Position numbers and translations under genes: made by a program. A stretch of DNA of 63,942 bases, filler included, from Dugesia japonica (taxonomy: Eukaryota): NCBI GenBank assembly GCA_001938525.1. It is 6 parts of 6 records of this genome, joined end to end, with 100 filler letters (N's around TTAATTAATTAA, not from the genome) between each part and the next. Parts side by side here need not be neighbours in the genome. Positions count along the whole stretch, not along the records: positions 9,804 to 18,628 come from MQRL01589686.1; positions 18,729 to 28,431 come from MQRL01580201.1; 4 more parts are not named here. One strand, 5' to 3'. How positions within the stretch are numbered: the stretch's first letter is position 1; every line of letters starts with the position of its first letter. The notes under the pieces were generated by a model. That model was not told the DNA's origin. It was given only the letters and a program-made list of their open reading frames with translations, and searched no databases. Shown piece by piece: positions 11,719 to 22,399 of the stretch.

Positions 11719-12288
11719 ATTCCATAAAAAGCGTAAAGGAAGCTTCCAACAATCAGATAATTCCGACGAAATAATCAGTCAAAATATATCAAATGATAAT
11801 TCTCAAATTCAACCCCTTTCCGATGACTGTAAATGTGATCTCGATGAAAATGGAAAACGAAAAGAATCATTAACATCAAATGTCACAGATCTAGAATTAC
11901 TACAAACAATTCAGTCCAGTGATGAAGGTCCTCAGCGGTTACCAGAAGTACATACTGATTGTGGACGAAAACGACGTCCGAGTATAGGTCAAAAATTTAG
12001 CAGTGTATTGCGAATTTCTCGAAAAAGTAATAGCACTTCAAATTTAGAAAAGAAAGCCCGTACTTCTTTTCAAAGAAGTGAAGAAGTGGTTCCAGCTCAT
12101 ATCAAGATATCTACAGAATGTAACAGAATTAACGCTATTGGAAATGATCAATGTGAAAGTGCTCCGGTAACAAATTTAGGAAACACTTGTAATATATTTC
12201 AAGAAGACTTGATAAAACAAGCAAATAGAAAATCTAGATCTGCTCATAATTCAAAATCTGCGACAAAATCCAAAAATTCCAATAACCA
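11719..12288 (+). CDS. RIM: RIM (Rab3-interacting molecule) exon, linker region upstream of C2B
   Basis: Acceptor TTTTATAG at 11718. Open frame FHKKRKGS...GRKRRPSIGQKFSSVLRISRKSNSTSNL..RTSFQRSEEV resembles the conserved RIM segment upstream of C2B. Donor CA|GTACAT is phase 2 and matches the next exon. Confidence 0.75.
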
Positions 12289-12319
12289 GTACATTTTCAA
12301 TTGTTAATAATATTAAGGA

Positions 12320-12321
<2 letters not shown>

Positions 12322-12388
<67 letters not shown>

Positions 12389-12438
12389 NNNNNNNNNNNN
12401 NNNNNNNNNNNNNNNNNNNNNNNNNNNNNNNNNNNNNN

Positions 12439-12505
<67 letters not shown>
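12322..12505. repeat. (TAT)n microsatellite spanning a gap, in a RIM intron
   Basis: Direct reading. The poly-N/I/L/Y ORFs here are artefacts. Confidence 0.97.
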
Positions 12506-12507
<2 letters not shown>

Positions 12508-12959
12508 TGAATCATAAATTTTCTAAGTAAATACTATCAATTCATACATAAAAAAAGAGAAAGTATACTATTAATTTTGAAATTTAATTAATATTGAAGT
12601 TTTAATGAAATGAAATCTTTATAATATTTTCACGGATAATTAGCGAATGTAAATATTAGATGTTTAAATTTATTAATTGTTTTTTCATATGAAGTCATGA
12701 GAGTAATTTGCTTTTTATGAATTTGATAAATTAGGAAATATTTGTCAAGATAAATGCTTCATAAATAAATTATCTCTTTCAATACTTAAACTCATTAATG
12801 ATTGACTCAAATATTACTTATGTTACTACAGAAATAAGTTACTTATTTATACAATGACAAACTAAAGTCATCGATTAATTACTTGTTTTAATTATTAACT
12901 TAATTTTCTATTATATTTATTAGGCCAGTTCAATAATTTATGCGCATTGGTTAATTTTT

Positions 12960-13380
12960 ATAAAAATATAAATAATAAAATTAAATAATTACAATTATTG
13001 TGAGAATAATTGTTGGACTTAACCATTGATTGCATTTGAGATTTCATTAAATTAAAAAAAAAGCTTCGATCAAAATAAAATATATTTGTAAAGAAATTCA
13101 AATTTTCGACACTTGTCTTCTTCAGGAATATGATTACTTCTTGATAGATTCAAAACCAAATGTATTTGTGATGGTAGAAATATGTGAAATAAAAAAGTAT
13201 CACTTACAAAATAACATGCACCTTACGAGTGGATACATATATAGGAGAATCATTCAGAACCATCCGTACAAGAATTAAAGAACATCTCAAACAGAAAGAA
13301 AGAAAAGAAACATAATATTTTACCAGAAAATCATCATCTTACATGGAAAACATTAAGAACAGGCTACATTTCTACACTTC
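12960..13380. mobile_element. Penelope-like element remnant: inverted pLTR (-, ~12960-13129) and GIY-YIG endonuclease fragment (+, ~13150-13300)
   Basis: Plus strand KSITYKITCTLRVDTYIGESFRTIRTRIKEHLKQ is the Penelope GIY-YIG signature. The adjacent hammerhead-bearing repeat is homologous to 41505-41658. Confidence 0.8.
13096..13129 (-). ncRNA. Minimal type I hammerhead ribozyme motif in a Penelope pLTR-like repeat
   Basis: Minus strand AUUC CUGAAGA A GAC AAGU GUC GAAA AU UU GAAU: conserved core, 3-bp stem II and stem I AUUC/GAAU. Confidence 0.6.
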
Positions 13381-13849
13381 ACAGAAAAAAAAACTTAAGA
13401 TTAACGTGATTTTTAATAATTGCAATAATTAAATTTTTCAATAAATAAAAATTTTTCAAAGATTTTCAATAATAAAAATAATTAAAATTTTAAAAAAATT
13501 AGTGAAAAATTAGAGTTTCAATATTGTCATATTTTAATGTTAATGAAATATATATTTATAATATTTTAATATTTTAATTTAATAATTTTTTTTAAAAACA
13601 NNNNNNNNNNNNNNNNNNNNNNNNNNNNNNNNNNNNNNNNNNNNNNNNNNNNNNNNNNNNNNNNNNNNNNNNNNNNNNNNNNNNNNNNNNNNNNNNNNNN
13701 NNNNNNNNNNNNNNNNNNNNNNNNNNNNNNNNNNNNNNNNNNNNNNNNNNNNNNNNNNNNNNNNNNNNNNNNNNNNNNNNNNNNNNNNNNNNNNNNNNNN
13801 NNNNNNNNNNNNNNNNNNAAGCTTTTTCTTTATTTTAATGAAATAAAAT

Positions 13850-14870
13850 TAAAAATCAAAAATTATAATGCTTAAATAAAAATCATATTTCCCATCGTTT
13901 TGTACAATCCTTTGATATTTTACCGAAAGTTTTTTAATAACTCTGTTTTGACTTCGTCTTTTGTATGAAATTTTTATAAAACAAAAAATTTTGAAATGCC
14001 ATAAAAAATGAAAATCACTTAGAGAAATGTTTTGAAATGAGATAGTTGCAGAAGAAGTTCCCAATAATATTCAGTTATTTTCTGTGGAGCTTCTTATCAA
14101 GTGCGATTGAGCATTATCCTGGTGAAATCTTTTCAATTTTCGCCTTTGTAGTACAATTTTCAAATATTGCAGTATTTAAACATGATAATTGTTGATAGTA
14201 GATTTCTGTATTGATTGTTTGGTTCCAATCTAACATTTTGAAATGGATAACACTGTACATAATCCACTAAACCTAAATAAGATTAATATTCCGGTGTAAT
14301 TCCACCTTTGTTCTTGGTGNGACCAGCTTAATTACATCTCTCCACTACGTTTTCGTTTAACATTATTGTAGACTTTCCATTTTTTGTCACTAGTGAAATT
14401 TCGTCTAAAGCTGCTTGCGCTCATGGCGTGATAAAAGTGCCATGTAAATTTTCATTTGTTGCAAGAATTTGGCTGCTGATGGCACCCATCTTTGAAGCTT
14501 GGCTGTTATGCCTTTTTCTTTCCAATGATGAAATTAAGTCTTTTTACATTCTCATCAACTGTAAGTTCTGTCTCAGTATCAACAAAAGACTTGAGGGCGT
14601 CGTTGTCATGCTGGATAGGACGTCCCAAACGTGGTTCATCAGTGATCCTGTTTTGTTCATTTTCAAATCTTCTTATACTAGCAATATTTCTACCATGAAT
14701 AGTATTAATTTTCTTTGCTGCAGAAGTTGGATTTTTTTATTGAAAAATAAAAACAGAGAATATGGTGTATCTATTTGTTATCTATTTCTATCAAGAAAGA
14801 GTAATTATTTGCGTTTATTAAATTTAGTGATTATCTTTAACGTGATCTTAGATTACAAATATGATTGAAT
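13850..14870 (-). mobile_element. Decayed mariner transposase in a RIM intron
   Basis: Minus strand DEPRLGRP (~14615-14640), KMGAISSQ (WVPH region), FTSDKKWKVYNNVKRKR (IVTGDEKW region, ~14348-14400) and FHQDNAQSH (~14101-14127). Confidence 0.8.
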
Positions 14871-15173
14871 TTATAAAAACATGTTTATTTCATCGAGTTT
14901 GATATTTCGAATAAGTAACGAATCAAACCTGTAAAACAACGCAATAATTTATAACATATTTATAAGGTTATCCTAATAAGGTTATTTTAATGTTCAGTTA
15001 CCGAAATATTGAGTTTGAAGACGAAAACNNNNNNNNNNNNNNNNNNNNNNNNNNNNNNNNNNNNNNNNNNNNNNNNNNNNNNNNNNNNNNNNNNNNNNNN
15101 NNNNNNNNNNNNNNNNNNNNNNNNNNNNNNNNNNNNNNNNNNNNNNNNNNNNNNNNNNNNNNNNNNNNNNNNN

Positions 15174-15647
15174 GCATTCATATTTTATTTATATTTGCCA
15201 CAAAATTTCAATTTTGACAAAACTGCTTTCATAAACTGCTAATAAAATTATTTCTGACAACTGAAAATTAATATTTTCACAAAGTTAATTTACTTTTCGT
15301 TATTTTAGAAAACNNNNNNNNNNNNNNNNNNNNNNNNNNNNNNNNNNNNNNNNNNNNNNNNNNGAGACAAAATAAAACGTTTAAATAATTTATATTGCAA
15401 TGATGATTTAGAATTAAATTAAGATGTCAATTAATTACTGGCTTGATAAATATCTGAAAATTTATATACGATTCATATTTCATTCATGTGATTCGTAAAT
15501 GATGCATGCATTCATATTTTATTTATATTTGCCACAAAATTTCAATTTTGACAAAACTGCTTTCATAAACTGNTAATAAAATTATTTCTGACAACTGAAA
15601 ATTAATATTTTCACAAAGTTAATTTACTTTTCGTTATTTTAGAAAAC
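15174..15647. repeat. 140-bp direct duplication (15174-15313 = 15508-15647) bounded by gaps, probably an assembly artefact
   Basis: The copies are identical apart from an N. The first copy is flanked by N runs and duplicates the RIM splice acceptor. Confidence 0.8.
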
Positions 15648-15988
15648 CTTCAAGCCTCAACGATAACCAAGTTGGAGTTTTTGTTGAAGGTTTAGGTCCA
15701 GGCCAACTTGTTGGACGACAAGTCCTTGGAATGCCTTCCTTAGGAGAATTACAATTAAGTTTTATTGACAAGAAAGGTCGTTTAGATATTGAAGTTATTC
15801 GAGCGAGAGGTCTGACACCCAAAACAAACTCTAAGGTTCTACCACAACCATATGTGAAAATCTATTTGATGGAAGGCAAAAGTATTATTGAAAAACAAAA
15901 AACTTTAGTTTCACCTCGACGGACTTTGGATCCGCTTTATCAACAACAACTTTCCTTTTCATCGGAATACTCAGGCAAAGTTCTGCAG
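15643..15988 (+). CDS. RIM: RIM exon, N-terminal part of C2B domain
   Basis: FVEGLGPGQLVGRQVLGMPSLGELQL...LDIEVIRARGL.PK...LPQPYVKIYL...KQKT...RRTLDPLYQQQLSF...GKVLQ is diagnostic of RIM C2B. Splice sites TTTTAG| and CAG|GTTCGT. Confidence 0.95.
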
Positions 15989-16518
15989 GTTCGTAAATTG
16001 CACTTTATTTTTTTTTATTTATTTCACTTGCAATATTTTAACATTAAATACCTCACAATTCTCCAGCTATTAATTGTTAAGATTTTAAATATACATTACA
16101 AATTAGCCTATAAGCAAAACATCTAAAATTTTTCAATTTTAAAATATCAATGACTTATTAGCTAATCAATAAGACTAAAATTCTTTGAAAAGTAGAAAAT
16201 GATTTGTTAAATAATTAATAATAAATAAAATCTATTTTAGTCATAAAACCGCAGGTATATAATAATAAGATATTTTTATATCAAATAAAAAAAAATTTTC
16301 AAAATCCATAAAATTATTTGTAATCCAAATTATAGGGCATAATCAATTAGGAGGAATCAAGTTTCTTTCAAAAAATATGTTGAAATTATTTTCCTTCACT
16401 AGTTATGATTTAATCTAACAATTATTTGTCTTTTTCTTATAGAAAAATAAACAGTTAAATGAAATAGTAAAAATCAAAATTATTCTCGTAAAAAAATTAA
16501 AATCAATTAAAAATTGTA

Positions 16519-16562
16519 TTGTGATATATTTCGACGGATCAACATTCGTCATCATCAGACAA
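16519..16562 (-). ncRNA. Minimal type I hammerhead ribozyme, antisense in a RIM intron
   Basis: Minus strand UUGU CUGAUGA U GACG AAUGUUGAUC CGUC GAAA UAUA UC ACAA. Intact core, 4-bp stem II, palindromic UAUA stem III, AUC cleavage triplet and stem I UUGU/ACAA. Confidence 0.8.
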
Positions 16563-16618
16563 AATGAAAAATATGAAAGTATTCAGTTTGTATTATTCAA
16601 ACAAAGATTTAAGCAATT

Positions 16619-17278
16619 ATACTGAATATTGGATGACTAATCTACAATCGATAAACGAACTAAATAATGAAAGANATCGTAATATTATTTATGTTACTTT
16701 TATTTTCTGGAATTTCAATTATTCAATCGAATACTTCATTAATTGTGCATTATGAAGAGAATTTACTGTTCGGCAAAATTTTTCCTTAAATTTCTTTTAA
16801 AATTTTCATAATTTTAAATTCATTGTCGATCATATCTGTGATCTTGTTAATAGGACTAATTGCGTTGACTTGCAACTTATCAATAGCGCTGGGAAGCGCA
16901 TAATCTTACTGGATGTGAAGACANNNNNNNNNNNNNNNNNNNNNNNNNNNNNNNNNNNNNNNNNNNNNNNNNNATACTGAATATTGGATGACTAATCTAC
17001 AATCGATAAACGAACTAAATAATGAAAGAAATCGTAATATTATTTATATTACTTTTATTTTCTGGAATTTCAATTATTCCATCGAATACTTCATTAATTG
17101 GGCATTATGAAGAGAATTTACTGTTCGGCAAAATTTTTCCTTAAATTTCTTTTAAAATTTTCATAATTCTAAATTCATTGTCGATCATATCTGTGATCTT
17201 GTTTATAGGACTAATTGCGTTGACTTGCAACTTATCAATAGCGCTGGGAAGCGCATAATCTTACTGGATGTGAAGACA
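16619..17278. repeat. 305-bp direct duplication (16619-16923 vs 16974-17278) across a gap
   Basis: The copies differ at 5 positions counted by eye and are separated only by an N run. Confidence 0.85.
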
Positions 17279-17845
17279 CCATACGACATATCTAGTAAGT
17301 TAAAATTAACTTGGGACACAAATAAATAAGTANNNNNNNNNNNNNNNNNNNNNNNNAGAAAAACCTATCTAATTGAAAGGTCTTCCTTCAGACGATCTCA
17401 GTAGAGTGTCTGAGATTGTGATGTATAGAAAATGAACCAGTGATCAACCAGGTTTAGTTTCGCGCTAATTTGGTCAGAAAATTTGATTTCGTCTCGATCA
17501 GGAAATATGACGTCTGGTCGAGCAGACAATAAGCCTTTTACGACGTACAGGCTGGATATCAAATAGGTTTAAGGATTCCGGAACCAGCATGTCTGATATA
17601 TGAAAAAATAGGGTTCACAAATAATTTCATTATTTTCTTTCGCCTTATTTTTATTTCTTCTCTTTAGGTTATGTTAAAAAGCTAATAAACATGATTTAGA
17701 CTGTGGAGGATTTTCTAGCCTAAAAGATGGCTTTCTTTATCANNNNNNNNNNNNNNNNNNNNNNNNNNNNNNNNNNNNNNNNNNNNNNNNATTTCAATTC
17801 AATTAATATCAGTTATTATAAAATTAGTTTCATTTCTTTTTTCAG

Positions 17846-18037
17846 GCTACAGTATGGGGAGAATACAGCAGAATGGACAAAAAATCCTTTATGGGTCGCT
17901 GTGAAATTCTACTTGATGACCTTGATTTTTCATCTATTGTGTTTGGCTGGTACAAACTCTATAGTTCTATAGCTTCTGAATTGCCACATCCTACAGTGCA
18001 GACCAGACGTCTCTCAACATCGTCTATAGGAAAATAA
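17846..18037 (+). CDS. RIM: RIM last exon, C-terminal part of C2B domain
   Basis: Acceptor TTTTTTCAG in phase 0, then ATVWGEYSRMDKKSFMGRCEILLDDLDFSSIVFGWYKLY...SIGK-stop (RIM consensus VWGDYGRMDHKxFMG...GWYKL). Confidence 0.95.
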   Translation, partial: ATVWGEYSRMDKKSFMGRCEILLDDLDFSSIVFGWYKLYSSIASELPHPTVQTRRLSTSSIGK

Positions 18038-18628
18038 TTATAAAATTTTCAATTCAATTATTCTTATTTAATAATAACTGGAAAGATAAAACAAAATTAT
18101 CATATTTGTTGTCAACCATCAGATCATTTATCAAATTTAACTGTAGATTTAATTATTTACTATTAATAATTCACACCAGTAATATTGTTAAAATATTTAT
18201 CGATCTATCTTTAGAAACTAATCGATTTATTGGTTATTGATTTAATTTAGATGCTGGTCATCCTTGCTGATTTTCGTATTATGACTATTATTATTATTAA
18301 TATTATCGATTATTATTATCAATTTCTATTATTCATTATTTGTTGCACAATGATAGTCATTGCTGATTTTTCAATCAATAATTTTATAACAAAATCGTTT
18401 CACNNNNNNNNNNNNNNNNNNNNNNNTGTTTGATATTATTTAATTTTTTCATTCTTGGAAAAAATCAATTTTCGACCTTTAAAAATTGGATATTCTAAAT
18501 TCTAATATGAATTTTGTGATTTGCAAATGACTAAATTAATATTGATTAATTTGTGTACAATAAATAAAGAATAATATATTTTTTTCAAAAAAAATATTTA
18601 TTTGATTATCTTGCTCATTTTTCTTCTA

Positions 18629-18728
18629 NNNNNNNNNNNNNNNNNNNNNNNNNNNNNNNNNNNNNNNNNNNNTTAATTAATTAANNNNNNNNNNNNNNNN
18701 NNNNNNNNNNNNNNNNNNNNNNNNNNNN
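18629..18728. other. Artificial scaffold-joining spacer
   Basis: N44 + TTAATTAATTAA (18673-18684) + N44. Confidence 0.95.
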
Positions 18729-18797
18729 TTAATTTCCCTTATAGACATAGATACCAAATTGGACAAAAGTTATCAAAACATCTATTAGTATTACAAC

Positions 18798-19133
18798 TTA
18801 TATGTCTTCCAACACACCAGGATCTAACCACTGATTCGGGTCAGTCTCCCAAAAGACAAACGCGGCTATATCGTCATTGTCCTCCCACTGCGTCCACACA
18901 GGGTTTCCCATTTGGCTGGACAGGTCGGCTATGTATTGCTTTAAGAAGTCTATCTTTCGTTGTAATATTTGTTGGTTTTGTACTTCAAGAGCCATGGTTT
19001 GAGCAGCCAAATCACTTTGTTTTTTAACTATTAAATCTAATTTCTTTATTAATCGGTTCCTCTGGGTGAGATGTCTTAGAAGGGCCTGTTTGGTCTTACG
19101 CTTTAAATGGCGTTCTAACAATAATCGACGCAT
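18798..19133 (-). CDS. Orphan ORF, basic coiled-coil N-half and acidic Trp-rich C-tail
   Basis: MRRLLLERHLKRK...QQILQRKIDFLKQYIADL...WTQWEDNDDIAAFVFWETDPNQW. GC-richer than the flanks. Acceptor-like TATTTAG ends at 19181. Confidence 0.5.
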   Translation of the reverse strand: MRRLLLERHLKRKTKQALLRHLTQRNRLIKKLDLIVKKQSDLAAQTMALEVQNQQILQRKIDFLKQYIADLSSQMGNPVWTQWEDNDDIAAFVFWETDPNQWLDPGVLEDI

Positions 19134-19314
19134 AATCCGNTGACACCTTCGCAAACTTGTTGAGAATACAATTCGTGGCACTAAATAATTAAACATTAAC
19201 CACAAGGAAGAAATAATAAATATTATCGTTATTGAATTATTCAAAATTTTAATGATACAATGCATAAACCAAGACTACTACGTAAAACAATTTTTTATTT
19301 GCAGAACAGAAGAT

Positions 19315-19682
19315 TTAGATACGAGGACCGGGCTTTGTCTGGGTGCCCTTATCAACCATGAGAGGTTCGAGGTATGATTTTTCNTTAAGGTGTAAAATGT
19401 CTTTGACCAGTTTATTTTCACGGTCATGGCTGGACCGGATGATCTCGGTGAACGACTTTACCTGTGATTTCCGCACTCTCTCTTGGTCGTGTGCAACTTC
19501 CATCTCTTTGCGTACCTTAATACATTTATTCTTATAACGCTTCACTTTTGCGTTGGCAGTGGCTATCTCAGCTTCGAATCGACGTTTCGCTAGTCGATAT
19601 AACTCCCAGGACATTTCGGTGTCCCCGCTGGATTCTCTCATCTGTTTATTAGGGGCCGGTGGACGGTTTAATGACGAGTGCA
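19315..19682 (-). CDS. Orphan coiled-coil ORF with C-terminal KGTQT motif
   Basis: Open frame of ~122 codons (first ATG at 19641) with helical charged content. DKGTQT lies near the end. AATAAA at 19299-19294 just after the stop. Confidence 0.5.
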
Positions 19683-19830
19683 CTATAACATAAATATAAT
19701 AAAATTATGGAATCCAATTAAAACTGTTTATAGTCCAAAAAGCCAAAGTAGAACAGGGTTTTAACTAATCAAACAATAAAAGACAGAGAAAACCAATTCT
19801 TAACCAAAACTTTATTTCTAATAAGATGGG

Positions 19831-20229
19831 TCATACCGACACCTCGAAGACTTCTTCACTAGAGTTTTCATCATTATTGCTGGACATACCATTACGGGCA
19901 TCCCATAAATAGTTTTTTACGAAGGAAGATAGTTGCGAGGTTGAGGGTAAGCGATTCGTGGTGATACCGATCAAAGATGGACCATCATGCCATACTCGTT
20001 CTACTTGTGGCACCTCGGTGGATCGCTCAAAAGAAAGTGGTGCCGATGGGAAGGCGACTCTATCTCTCCTCGGGCCACACCAACTATAATAGGCTTCCCT
20101 CTCAGTTGCATCCCATTGCCGATCTGCTGTGCGTTGTTCAACAGGAACATTGGAACGATCTAGTAATACACTGGCATACACAGGGATTTTGATACCGCCG
20201 GAATACAGTTCGACCGGAACGGGTGTCAA
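19831..20229 (-). CDS. Orphan ORF (start uncertain)
   Basis: 132 open codons with elevated GC. AATAAA at 19816-19811 after the stop and TATATAAAA upstream at ~20339-20331. An in-frame TGA at the 5' end suggests decay or splicing. Confidence 0.4.
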   Translation of the reverse strand: MTPVPVELYSGGIKIPVYASVLLDRSNVPVEQRTADRQWDATEREAYYSWCGPRRDRVAFPSAPLSFERSTEVPQVERVWHDGPSLIGITTNRLPSTSQLSSFVKNYLWDARNGMSSNNDENSSEEVFEVSV

Positions 20230-20490
20230 TGCTCACTTTCCATTTGTATTCCATGTGCAACGGTCCTAGATTAGAAATTATTCAGGTTTTCATTTGAACT
20301 GCAAAACAGAAGTGTGACATGCAGATCTTATTTTATATAACTAAACACAAGTCATAACAATAAGTCGATTTATTTCGCAAGATTGTTACTCAGTTAAAAC
20401 CACATGCAAAATTGTAATTAGAGATCGGTGGAAAATCAAACATTTATGCCTACAAGCTATCTCGCCCGAATTCGCTCCTAGTCCGCGTTG

Positions 20491-20673
20491 TCATTCCTCA
20501 TCCAAATCTACTCGATTCCGGATCGGGAACATTTCGGCGAAACACTCGAGATCGGTTTCGTCGGGATGCTCGATCANNNNNNNNNNNNNNNNNNNNNNNN
20601 NNNNNNNNNNNNNNNGAGATTTGCGTCTTTCAACCCGAATTAGCTTTAGTATTCTAGTTAAAGGATTGGCCAT
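20491..20673 (-). CDS. Short orphan ORF interrupted by a gap
   Basis: MANPLTRILKLIRVERRKS...IEHPDETDLECFAEMFPIRNRVDLDEE. Same strand and GC level as the neighbouring ORFs. Confidence 0.3.
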   Translation of the reverse strand: MANPLTRILKLIRVERRKSXXXXXXXXXXXXXXIEHPDETDLECFAEMFPIRNRVDLDEE

Positions 20674-22399
20674 GCTGTTTGGTTGTCTGACTAGTGAAAC
20701 AGGAAAGACTGTTTAATTTAACCAAGAAAAATAAAAATGTAAAAACTTTTCTATATTCCATTTCTCATCCAACTTCAACATTCTCCGATATTTACCCTAA
20801 AACCTTGGTAAACTGAGTTTATTCGGGGGAACACAAATAAATCCAAGAACCACAATTTGTGGGGCGATTCTACGTCCGATCGATTTTATCTCTTAATTTT
20901 GCAACATTAAGAACCCAGCATTGTAATTTGTAAGGTAAAACGAAATGTTTNTTCATTGATATTATTTCAATTAACCAGTTCTCGGTGACGATCTGTTCTT
21001 ATCAAAACTATTAGTAATTACTTTGTGGAAATCTACTTGATATTTGGTCAAAAAGTATTTTATAACAACGATATTGTCTAAATTTATATCATAATAAATG
21101 TATCAGTTTAAATAAATTATTGCGTACCGTTGGATTTTACTTTAGGTTTATCTGCTTAAAACTTTTTCAACTTATTAACAAAACTTTCCATATTTTGGTT
21201 AGTTAATTTCATAAAATAGAAACTTTAAAAACCCTATAACATTTCTTATTCTCTGTGATTATATCTCACCTCTTTTGAGCTCGATATCAATCAATATTTT
21301 ATAAAAAATAAAAGAAAATAATTTTAGTTTACCGAAGATCAGATTTAATTAATGCCCCTAGAAAACCCGACTGGAAGTCATGTATTATGCGATAACGAAT
21401 GTATTGATAGCAATATTATTCAAATTGTGAAATATTTGTATCTCCATTGGCAACACATTAACGGGTTGAGGGTTAACTGACGTCANCGATTCGGAGATTG
21501 TTGTGTTGGTGTGTTTGGTTAGTGGTCAGCATCCATTCAATGATGAATTAAGTAACAGTATCTCCACATACCTTCTACTAATGTAAATTCGGATTCTAAC
21601 AACACATTAATTGCAATTTGAGGACTTATCTATGTAGCTCGATTCACTGTAAAATTTATGGAGTCAGATANNNNNNNNNNNNNNNNNNNNNNNNNNNNNN
21701 NNNNNNNNNNNNNNNNNNNNTGATCTATGGAATTTAACTAGAAGGAAAAATATGCCAGATATAATTATTGATTTTTCATTATGGCTATTCCTATAGATAT
21801 TTTCATTTCGAATTGATAATGGTAATTTCATTAATTTTGATAAAATAAAATGTTGTAATTCTAGTGGTTTTATATATATTTATTTTTTATGTAGTCAATT
21901 ATTTTGGTCTATCTGTTTACTATTTGAATCGACGTCACAAAAAAGAAATTTTTTCTGATTCGATTTTTATTTTAGACGTTGCTGTGTCTTTTTGTAATTT
22001 TTTAGATTCTAGCTTGACTAAATCATTGGACTTATTTAAATTAATGTGGGATATGATAGAACTACTTTCATTTTTGTTTGTAAAGATGCATAAGTCTAAC
22101 CAAAAATAAAGACTTTTTTGTTCTAAATTTATCCATCGACTCTCGTTGTGATAGTTATTTTNNNNNNNNNNNNNNNNNNNNNNNNNNNNNNNNNNNNNNN
22201 NNNNNNNNTTACAATAAATCAGATTAAATTTTTCTTTACGAATTAACATAGCTGAAATTTTTAAATAAATCATAATAAATTTTCCTTATAATATCAATTT
22301 AACACAGCTAAATTTATTAGAATAGATTATGATAAACTTTTCATGTAACACTAGTTTAACACAATTAAAATAATAATTACTTCGTTTTTATTTCTTTTG

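Noticed and set aside
12251-12510. Poly-N/I/L/Y ORFs (also 50004-50210)
   Set aside because: These are translations of trinucleotide microsatellites across gaps.
18037-18798. Functional linkage between RIM and the orphan ORF cassette
   Set aside because: They are separated by an artificial scaffold spacer.
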